NCBI RefSeq assembly: GCF_000341395.1
Contig: NC_020304.1
Span: 1,920,001-1,952,000, forward strand
Length of the DNA: 32,000 bases
Origin: Desulfocapsa sulfexigens DSM 10523
GTDB lineage: Bacteria > Desulfobacterota > Desulfobulbia > Desulfobulbales > Desulfocapsaceae
Direction: 5' to 3'
Under the pieces are notes generated by a model. It saw only the letters and a list, made by a program, of their open reading frames with translations. It made no database searches and was not told the DNA's origin. Every line of letters begins with the position of its first letter. Position 1 is the stretch's first letter. A program made the translations under genes and the position numbers. Shown here in pieces: positions 17,094 to 24,937 of this stretch.

Positions 17094-18686
17094 GTGAAGA
17101 GGTTACTCTCGTTACTTTTATTATTCTTGTGCTGCTGCAGTTCAGATGAAGCTGGTAATGACTCCCCATCCACCAGTGTTTCTCGCGAGGTGGATCTTTT
17201 CCCATCAACGCTTGTGGAAAGTTCTGGACTTTATGAGCGAGTGCTCAATTCTAAAATGGAACCCTCCCAGATTCGTTTTATGGCCAAAGATGGTCATACA
17301 CTTACAGCTTATACATATCGCGCCACAGAATTCTCTGTCAGCGATGGACCAATAGTCTTTATTATACATGGTGCTTCTAGAAATGCGATTGATTACCTGC
17401 GTAGATTTATGCCAATTGCTGAACGATACGGAGCCCTCGCAATAGCACCCGAGTTTCCTGAATCGATCTACGGTCCAGGTTCTGATCGCTTCACTCTTGC
17501 CGTCGGGAGTAGAAAGCCGCCCTATACTCGTACCTACAAAGCCAGAGAGTGGCGCACGCGTGATGACTATCTTTACAGTGAGATTGAACATCTGTTTGAA
17601 GCTGTCAAACGGGAATTAAACAGCGGAGAGCCAACCTATCGTATCTGGGGACACAGCGCCGGTGGGCAATTTGTTCATCGTCTGGTGACTTTTCGTTCCG
17701 ATGCCAGGGTTGCTTCGGCGGTTGCGGTTAACGCCGGTTTCTACACTTTGCCGGCTTACGGCAGCGGTTCTGATCCCAATTTCTTTATGCCCTATGGACT
17801 TCAGGGCACTCCATTAAATGCTTACGATGTCAAGCGGTTGCTTGAGGCTCCACTGGTGGTGATGGTGGGTGAGTTAGACACAAAGACTGGTAAAGAATCC
17901 AGGACCGTTCGCGATTCAAGGTATGCTAATTTTCAGGGGTTTAATAGACGGCAGCGAGCAGAGTTTTATTTTCGAATGGGTGAAAGGGAAGCGCGCCGCC
18001 TTGGCCTCGATTTTGGGTGGCGCTTTGCTGTGGTACCTGGGGCTGGACACAACTCCCGCAAGGTTGGCCCTTCAGCGGCTTGGTTTTTGTTTAATCCACC
18101 CGATGCTATTCCCTGTGTATCTACCCCCGCTGAGAATGCCAGAGGTCTGGTGATTAACGAAATTTATGGCGACCCAGCTGGTGGTGTCGCTGGAGATGCA
18201 AATAATGATGGTTTACGTGATGCACAAGAGGATGAGTTTGTTGAATTGGTTAACACCTCTGATCACGATATTTGTCTGAGTGGGTGGTACCTTGGCGATG
18301 CGTCTACCCCTGCGCGCCACCGCTTCCCCGTTGGCAGCCTCTTGCCCAAAGGAAAGGCGTTGGTAGTGTTTGGCGGGGGGGTTCCAACCGGGAAGTTTGG
18401 TGATGCTGAAATACAGACAGCAGTGTCGGCCGGTGAGCTGAATTTGAATAACGCTGGCGACATTCTGTCGCTGTCGGACTCGCACGGAAATTCGTATCAA
18501 CAGCTTTCCTGGGGTGATTGTGGTGGCAAGCAGTGTGCAGGAGAATACCTCTCTCATGCTATCAATAGCAACCAGTCTCTCAGTCGCTGGCCAGATGTAA
18601 ATGGTCCTTTTGTGCCCCATGGTAACATTTCAGGCGGTGCATTGTACTCACCCGGAACGAAGGTAGATGGGACATCTTTTGACTGA
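17094..18686 (+). CDS. Exported (probable lipo-)protein: alpha/beta-hydrolase (PHB-depolymerase/esterase-like) domain plus C-terminal lamin-tail domain (LTD)
   Basis: GTG 17094 gives 'MKRLLSLLLLFLCCCSSDE' (signal peptide with Cys cluster) with GAGG upstream. The ORF is open from 17064. Shows 'IVFIIHGASRN' and the nucleophile elbow 'WGHSAGGQF'. C-terminal 'LVINEIYGDPAG...DEFVELVN' is LTD-like. Confidence 0.65.
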   Translation: MKRLLSLLLLFLCCCSSDEAGNDSPSTSVSREVDLFPSTLVESSGLYERVLNSKMEPSQIRFMAKDGHTLTAYTYRATEFSVSDGPIVFIIHGASRNAIDYLRRFMPIAERYGALAIAPEFPESIYGPGSDRFTLAVGSRKPPYTRTYKAREWRTRDDYLYSEIEHLFEAVKRELNSGEPTYRIWGHSAGGQFVHRLVTFRSDARVASAVAVNAGFYTLPAYGSGSDPNFFMPYGLQGTPLNAYDVKRLLEAPLVVMVGELDTKTGKESRTVRDSRYANFQGFNRRQRAEFYFRMGEREARRLGLDFGWRFAVVPGAGHNSRKVGPSAAWFLFNPPDAIPCVSTPAENARGLVINEIYGDPAGGVAGDANNDGLRDAQEDEFVELVNTSDHDICLSGWYLGDASTPARHRFPVGSLLPKGKALVVFGGGVPTGKFGDAEIQTAVSAGELNLNNAGDILSLSDSHGNSYQQLSWGDCGGKQCAGEYLSHAINSNQSLSRWPDVNGPFVPHGNISGGALYSPGTKVDGTSFD

Positions 18687-18823
18687 CCATCATCAACTAT
18701 AGCAGTTGACGGTATCGCCAAAAGATAAGGAGTAAGAAGCAGCATTTCTTTTTTAACGCTTCCGGGGGAATACAATTTAGCTTGAAACGCGTAATATACT
18801 GCCGTTGAGGTAATTGGGTAAAG

Positions 18824-19852
18824 ATGATTAGTGCAAGAGGAAATCGAACCAAAATAGCAGTGTTTAACGATGAAATTTATGATTCCAGTCTTGAGCACGA
18901 TCTGATAACAGAAGGTTTTTTTGCTGTGGCAATCAAGGATCCAAAACTTTCTGATATAAATGGACACCCTGATTTTATTTTGGCACCGGAATGGATTCGG
19001 TGGCTGATGCCAACACCAGAAACATCTGAGATGTGGATTACGAATCTTGGATCCAGCCATGATCGATACAAATTAAGGAAAAAACTGAAAACCAGTCATG
19101 CTCAAAGCGGTGACGTTCGTGTTGATATAGCTCCTTTGTCTGTGGATGATTATAAGATCTGGTATGAGAGTTTATACCTCCCTGAAATAGGAGAAAAAGC
19201 TGGAGCAATTTTGTTTTGGCCTGCGCCCGAATCCTTGTCAAAAAAAGTGAGAGTGAGACCATCAGGAGAGGTCGCTAATTATTTCAGGATTTTTATGTAT
19301 CATAAGGATGGGAGTTTCATTGGTGGCTCACTCTGGTTTATTTCTCATCCCCAAAGCATTTTGATTATTGCAGCTACAGCCTTTAAGCAGAAGGCCCGTG
19401 CAAAATACGAATTATCAATTCGTGGAATGGACGAGTCTCTAACTTTTGCCATCTCGCATGGCTTGAAGTGGATGAGTTACGGTACCGATCCGAACCTTTA
19501 TGGTGTCGATTTCAGTCTTGGTTTGCAAATGTTTAAAGCAAGCATCGGCATGAAACCCGTCTTTCCAAGATATGGATCCTTTCAGCTTATTAAAGTTATA
19601 GACAAAACCTTGAGCCGAATTGATTCTGCAAATAGCGAAAAGCCTTCTGTTCTCATTTTTGCAATTGGCGGAAATAATGTATCAGACAGAATTCTGAACT
19701 ATCAACACCTGCCACCACTGACCCCAAAGAGAAACTTTGATCTATTGTGGAATCGAGATTTTGGTCTAACGCCCGTTCGGTTTGTGGTCCATCCTCAAAC
19801 TCCCGCTGTTAAAGTTCCCAATGGGATGATTCTTCAGGATATTATTTTATAG
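18824..19852 (+). CDS. Hypothetical protein, tandem paralog 1 (possible FemAB/GNAT-like acyl- or aminoacyl-transferase fold)
   Basis: 342-aa ORF. The C-terminal half 'GLKWMSYGTDPNLYGVDFSLGLQMFKASIGMKP' resembles the '...FK..fG..P' tail of FemAB/CelD-type (Acetyltransf_6) proteins. The functional call is weak. Confidence 0.4.
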   Translation: MISARGNRTKIAVFNDEIYDSSLEHDLITEGFFAVAIKDPKLSDINGHPDFILAPEWIRWLMPTPETSEMWITNLGSSHDRYKLRKKLKTSHAQSGDVRVDIAPLSVDDYKIWYESLYLPEIGEKAGAILFWPAPESLSKKVRVRPSGEVANYFRIFMYHKDGSFIGGSLWFISHPQSILIIAATAFKQKARAKYELSIRGMDESLTFAISHGLKWMSYGTDPNLYGVDFSLGLQMFKASIGMKPVFPRYGSFQLIKVIDKTLSRIDSANSEKPSVLIFAIGGNNVSDRILNYQHLPPLTPKRNFDLLWNRDFGLTPVRFVVHPQTPAVKVPNGMILQDIIL

Positions 19853-19884
19853 ATGTTTACTGCTGTTGAGGTAATTGAATCAAG

Positions 19885-20913
19885 ATGATTATTGCAAGAG
19901 GAAACAGAACTAAAATAGCAGTGTTTCGCGATGAAAATTATGATTCCAACCTTGATCACAATTTGATAACAGATGGCTTTTTTGCTGTGGCAATCAAGGA
20001 TCCAAAACTTTCTGATATAAATGGACACCCGGATTTTATTTTGGCACCAGAATGGATTCGGTGGCTGATGCCAACACCAGAAACGTCTGAGATGTGGCTC
20101 ACGAGTCTTGGATCCAGCCACGATCGATACAAGTTAAGGAAAAAACTGAAAGCCAGTCATGCTCAAAGCAGTGACATTAGCGTCGAGATAGCTCCTTTAT
20201 CTGTAAATGATTACAAAATCTGGTATGAGAAGTTGTATCTCACTGAAATTGGGGGAAAAGAAGGTGCAATTCTGTTTTGGCCAAAGCCAGAAGCCTTATC
20301 AAAAAAAGTGACAGTGACACCATCAGGAGAGGTCGCTGATTTTTTTCGGATCTTTATGTATCACAAGGACGGAGGTTTTATTGGTGGAGCTCTTTGGTCT
20401 ATTTCTCATAGCGAAAACAGTTTGACTACAAGAGCTGCAGCTTTTGAGAAAAAGGCCCGCACAAAATACGAATTAGCGGTTCGCGGAATGGAAGAGGCTC
20501 TATCTTTTGCCATCTCACAAGGGTTGAAGTGGATGAGTTATGGTACCGATCCAAACCTCTATGGTGTCGATTTTAGTCTTGGTTTGCAAAGGTTTAAAGC
20601 AAGTATCGGCATGAAACCTGTCCTGGCCAGAGTCGGATCCATTCGGCTCATTAAGATCCTGAATAAAAATTTAAGCCAGATTCATGCGGTTGATGGGGAA
20701 AAGCCATCCACTCTCATATTTGCACTCGGTGGAAACGACGTGTCGAAGAGAATTATGGCCTATCACGATCTGCCACCACGAAAAAAAAGAAGAAACATGG
20801 ATCTTATGTGGAATCAGGATATTGGCCTGACTCCTGTCCGTTTTGTGGCCCATCCTCAAACTCCCGTTGTTAATGTGCCCAAAGGGATGATACTTCAGGA
20901 CATTCTCCTTTAG
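19885..20913 (+). CDS. Hypothetical protein, tandem paralog 2 (same family as 18824-19852)
   Basis: 342 aa, collinear without indels with paralog 1, at roughly three-quarters identity by eye. Long near-identical DNA stretches, for example around 'AVAIKDPKLSDINGHPDFILAPEWIRWLMPTPETSEMW'. Confidence 0.4.
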   Translation: MIIARGNRTKIAVFRDENYDSNLDHNLITDGFFAVAIKDPKLSDINGHPDFILAPEWIRWLMPTPETSEMWLTSLGSSHDRYKLRKKLKASHAQSSDISVEIAPLSVNDYKIWYEKLYLTEIGGKEGAILFWPKPEALSKKVTVTPSGEVADFFRIFMYHKDGGFIGGALWSISHSENSLTTRAAAFEKKARTKYELAVRGMEEALSFAISQGLKWMSYGTDPNLYGVDFSLGLQRFKASIGMKPVLARVGSIRLIKILNKNLSQIHAVDGEKPSTLIFALGGNDVSKRIMAYHDLPPRKKRRNMDLMWNQDIGLTPVRFVAHPQTPVVNVPKGMILQDILL

Positions 20914-21246
20914 ATGACACAGCATGGACAGTGTTAATGATCTCAATTCCTTTTTTGATAAAATGCAGCCCTGAATTGAAGATCTGATCTCCGGGCCAAC
21001 ACATGGAGAGATAAAAGGATTCCTGATTACCACTGATCCTCAGCTTACCCGCCTGAGGAGGAGTTGTTTCGTGTTGATTATATGGGCATCTGCGGCCTGG
21101 ACGGCCGCAGCAGAGCCCCCAGGGATGGGTTTATGGCGTCTCATATAATCGACACGGAACAGCTCCGGGTTGCAAAGCTGAGTTTCGATGGTACTCAGGA
21201 AAGGATTTATAATACTGAATTTAATAATAATGGCAGAGGATAATTA

Positions 21247-22164
21247 ATGGATCAGGAAAAGACAGGTGCTTTGAGTGGACTGAGACACTTTGGCCTGACT
21301 GACTTTCAGCTCTATAAGGAAGCATTAGCTCAAGTAAACAGAATTTGCTGGCATCAATACTTCCCCTACCTGTATTTTCGATATGGAGATTTACTGATTT
21401 CCGAGATAGATGGTTCTGTTTGTCTTTTTTACAAGCAGAATCGAGCGAACAGGGATCCAAAACTTTACTTATATTTTCTCCCTATGCCCATGAATGAGAA
21501 TGTTCTCAAACTTTGCCTGGAGAGAGTAAGAACATTTAATAATACGAAAAGGGCCGTAATTTATCGAGTGGATGAGCAAGATATCGAAAAACTTGAACAT
21601 CTGGGGACTGATGTGAAAACCTTCCCCTTGGAGCGGGAATACGTCTATGATCCTAAGAACTACCATTCTCTGTCAGGAACCAAAAAACATAAAATACGAC
21701 AAGACGTCGCGAGGATCAGGGGCATGGATGGTGTGGAAGTCAGGGCCTTTGAAGAAGGGGATGTCAAGGGCTGTATTGCTTTAATGGACGAATGGGCAGT
21801 TATACAACAGAACAAGTATGAAGGACGGGTTGCACCTCGAGGCTTTGCCCGAAGATGTGTACGCAACAGCACTCTTTTTGAAAAAAAGGATTTGTTTGGG
21901 CTGGTTGTTCTCATAGATGGAACAATTCGCTCTGTCGGGTTTGCTGGTGAAATCAGACCCGGACTGGCGAATCTGTTTATAACCTATTCCGACCACAGGT
22001 ATTACGGATTAAATAGATTTTTGTTTTATCATTTGATGTTACAACTGGATACTTATGAACTTGTGAATTATGCAGGTGCCTCGACCCCGGGCCTGGAATT
22101 TGCGAAAGAGTCGCTCCGCCCGGTTTTAAAACATGGTTCATATAGAGTTCATGTGATCAAATAG
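21247..22164 (+). CDS. DUF2156 / LPG_synthase_C-like protein (soluble homolog of the MprF aminoacyl-tRNA-dependent transferase domain)
   Basis: 305 aa with no TM segments. The family-typical block is 'EREYVYDPKNYHSLSGTKKHKIRQDVARI', followed by a GNAT-like C-terminal half. Recognised from memory of the family pattern. Confidence 0.6.
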   Translation: MDQEKTGALSGLRHFGLTDFQLYKEALAQVNRICWHQYFPYLYFRYGDLLISEIDGSVCLFYKQNRANRDPKLYLYFLPMPMNENVLKLCLERVRTFNNTKRAVIYRVDEQDIEKLEHLGTDVKTFPLEREYVYDPKNYHSLSGTKKHKIRQDVARIRGMDGVEVRAFEEGDVKGCIALMDEWAVIQQNKYEGRVAPRGFARRCVRNSTLFEKKDLFGLVVLIDGTIRSVGFAGEIRPGLANLFITYSDHRYYGLNRFLFYHLMLQLDTYELVNYAGASTPGLEFAKESLRPVLKHGSYRVHVIK

Positions 22165-22217
22165 TTTTCTTACAAGGGGCTCCTTCAACAACCTGTTCTA
22201 ATGTGGCATGGTAACTT

Positions 22218-24875
22218 TTACAGAGGCAGTTTGATGTAAAATCGTGTTTCCTCATTGCTCTCTTCCTTGTCGCATTTGACGTCATTGGAGAAACGAACAG
22301 AATCAGAATAACGACAACTCAATAATGCGACCACTTCTTTAAACTCTCTCTCTGTTACAAAACGTGTTTGATAATCTGTTTTACGGTTATCTGTGACAAT
22401 TGGATATAAATGTAAACTTTTATGGAATGCTCCGGAGAGTGTGTCGACACGCAGCTTCGCTATAGCGCTGTAAGGAGGCGCATCGAGCTTGCCATATCGC
22501 CCCTTGGAATTAAACATAAAATTACCGATACTATAAATAAGCCACTGATTGTCATGCTTTTCAATCTCTTGTATCATATGTGCCCCATGCCCGAGAATCA
22601 GATCCGCCCCCTCTTTTAACATGCGCTCCGCCAGTCTTGCCTGGCGATCGCTACGCCATTTGTAATTTGGCCCCCAATGGGGGAACAATACAACAAAGGT
22701 ATTAGCATATTCTTTTCTGACACGCTTAATCTCATTGCGTACACGTTTAAACGAAATCGGGTTCAAACCCCGATCTTTTTCTGAGGCATACATTTTGAAT
22801 GAATCCTTCTTACGGGAGGGACCGGCATACATTGATATCATTGCCAATGTAAATACTTTTCCATCTATTTGACTCTGTGCAATAAATGCTTCACCGGCTT
22901 CGTCAATAGTTGCACCACCACCAAAATATGTAATTCCAGCTTCTTCCAAACTGTGTAATGTCTGGTAGAAACCTTCTTCCCCAAAATCAAACATATGATT
23001 ATTGGCGAGTCCTACCGTACTGATATTATTTGCAAGTAAATGACGAGGTGTTTGTTTTATATCCCCCCAGTGTACCCATGACTTTTGGCCTGCAAACGGA
23101 GAAACTTTCAAGTCGGTAAGAGGTGTTTCGAGATTTGCAACAACCAGATCGGCCTCTTCCAGCATATTCCGGACCTTGGCCAGCGGGGCATCGTACCCTC
23201 TTGCTTTAAGAATGTTTTCCTCCCCATAGCTTTCGTACTGAGCTTGATAATTTTCTCCAAAAGCTGTATCGCCTACAAAGACAACCTCAAACGCGGAAGG
23301 GGTATGCAATTCATTTATTGTCCGGAATGGGGGCGTTCTCTTCTTTTGTTGCTGTTTATATTGACTTTGTGAGCGTTTTTCCTGTGCTTCATTCATCACC
23401 AAACTTTTTTTCCTGATGTTTTTACCTGTCTTTTTAATGGCAGATAAAATCATCTCGAGATTGGCAGTGGAGCGCCTCGACCCCTTCACCCAGAGAATAT
23501 CGCTACCGTGCATTTCCTTCACTACCGCCTTAGCAATATGCTCAGGATCCTCACTGTGTTCTCCTTCCATCGTTTTAGGAAGAGCGTCCCACAAGCCCTC
23601 CAGATCACGGCCTACGGTGAACAACACATTGACCTGGGCATCTATGACATGCGGTGCTAAAGCCGCATGGAGCTGCGCTGAAGTATCGCCAAGCTCTTTT
23701 ATCTCACCCATGATGGCAATACGTCTACCGCCTTTACGTGGTTTTTTAAGTCCCAGTACTGCTAATCCTGCCTCTACAGAGGCAGGATTAGCACTGAAGG
23801 TGTCATCGATGAGTGTAATATCTCCACTGGCCAGCTCAACTGTATATTTTTCGTTATGACGGCTGAGAACGGGTGCCTTTTTAATATCTTCAGCAGCCTT
23901 TATCCAGTCTCCGCCGGCAGCATGAACGGCAGCCAAGGCACCGAGACAATTCATGATACTATGCGTACCGGGCTGGTTCACATGAAATGATATCTCTTGT
24001 TTATGGAAAATAACCCTTACATCACTTGACTCACTATGCAAAGAATAGTCGATTATTTTCATGTCGGCATCTTCATGTGTGCCGAAGGTGATAATGTTCT
24101 TGACGTTCGCGGCTTTTGCATTGGTCAACTGCCGATCAAACAACGTAGCATCATGGTTAAGCACGACAATGCCTTCCGGTTGTAAGGATTTGAATAGCAG
24201 GCACTTCTGGTCGGTTAACTTTTCCAAAGTCCCGTAAAATTGCAGATGATCAGAATGGATATTGGTGATCATGGCTATGTCTGGTCTGATAATGCTAGCC
24301 TTCTTCTCAGTCACATTTGGCAGATCAACGGAAAACTCATAGACACCAAAACGCATATCAGGTGGTGTCTCTGCGAGCATCAGCGGTACCCCCGGTCCGT
24401 GGTTGTAGTTCTTACGGCTTCCCTTTGTCGTACCCTGCTGACACAATAAGAAACGGGTAATCTCTTTTGTCGTTGATTTCCCGGCACTGCCTGTAATTGC
24501 TACGACCGTGCCACGTATCCTGTTACGTGCCGCCTCTCCCAGTGCGTCGAGCGCCTCCCTGGTATTTTTAACCAGAAGCACCGGGTTGTCGCTTCTGTAG
24601 TTTGCAGGTAATTGCCCCGCAACAACCACTGCCGCATGTTTATTGTCGAAAAATGTCTGAATGATTTCGTTGGTATTTTTATATGCAGATGAACGCCAAG
24701 TCTTCGGTTCCGTGGTAATTACCACATCCCCTGGCTCAACCTGTCCTGCATAATAGTTGACTCCTGTAACATGCAAGTCTTCGGGAACCTGTCCAACCCA
24801 TTGACCACCCATAATTGACTGCAGTTCCTGTGCGCTCCATAGTACTGACTTTGTTGCATCTGTGTCAGGTCGCAT
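22218..24875 (-). CDS. Fusion protein: MurF-like Mur ligase (N-terminal ~490 aa) plus CapA/PgsA (PGA_cap, metallophosphatase-like) domain (C-terminal ~360 aa)
   Basis: Mur ligase P-loop 'VAITGSAGKSTTKE', with 'MITNIHSDHL' and 'LIDDTFSANPASV' (compare MurF 'DDSYNANP'). A Lys/Gln-rich linker follows. CapA-type motifs are 'VVFVGDTAFGENY', 'GLANNHMFDFG' and 'LFPHWGPNY'. No TM segment is seen. Confidence 0.8.
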   Translation of the reverse strand: MRPDTDATKSVLWSAQELQSIMGGQWVGQVPEDLHVTGVNYYAGQVEPGDVVITTEPKTWRSSAYKNTNEIIQTFFDNKHAAVVVAGQLPANYRSDNPVLLVKNTREALDALGEAARNRIRGTVVAITGSAGKSTTKEITRFLLCQQGTTKGSRKNYNHGPGVPLMLAETPPDMRFGVYEFSVDLPNVTEKKASIIRPDIAMITNIHSDHLQFYGTLEKLTDQKCLLFKSLQPEGIVVLNHDATLFDRQLTNAKAANVKNIITFGTHEDADMKIIDYSLHSESSDVRVIFHKQEISFHVNQPGTHSIMNCLGALAAVHAAGGDWIKAAEDIKKAPVLSRHNEKYTVELASGDITLIDDTFSANPASVEAGLAVLGLKKPRKGGRRIAIMGEIKELGDTSAQLHAALAPHVIDAQVNVLFTVGRDLEGLWDALPKTMEGEHSEDPEHIAKAVVKEMHGSDILWVKGSRRSTANLEMILSAIKKTGKNIRKKSLVMNEAQEKRSQSQYKQQQKKRTPPFRTINELHTPSAFEVVFVGDTAFGENYQAQYESYGEENILKARGYDAPLAKVRNMLEEADLVVANLETPLTDLKVSPFAGQKSWVHWGDIKQTPRHLLANNISTVGLANNHMFDFGEEGFYQTLHSLEEAGITYFGGGATIDEAGEAFIAQSQIDGKVFTLAMISMYAGPSRKKDSFKMYASEKDRGLNPISFKRVRNEIKRVRKEYANTFVVLFPHWGPNYKWRSDRQARLAERMLKEGADLILGHGAHMIQEIEKHDNQWLIYSIGNFMFNSKGRYGKLDAPPYSAIAKLRVDTLSGAFHKSLHLYPIVTDNRKTDYQTRFVTEREFKEVVALLSCRYSDSVRFSNDVKCDKEESNEETRFYIKLPL

Positions 24876-24937
24876 TAATCCGATCCTATTTTTTAGCGTT
24901 CGAAATCAATCAGTATTGTTTGATGAATTGACGAAAC

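Larger units (their letters stand above)
18797..20919. repeat. Tandem duplication, 2 x 1061 bp, each unit carrying one paralog plus ~27 nt of its leader
   Basis: 'tactgc[c/t]gttgaggtaattg' begins at 18797 and again at 19858. The ATGs are 1061 nt apart (18824 and 19885). Both copies end 'tagatg'. Confidence 0.85.

Noticed and set aside
18554-20121. Antisense ORFs 18554-19060 (-), 18877-19071 (-) and 19834-20121 (-), which resemble each other.
   Set aside because: They mirror the 5' ends of the two tandem paralogs, so their similarity is just the duplication seen on the opposite strand. There is no SD or independent signal.
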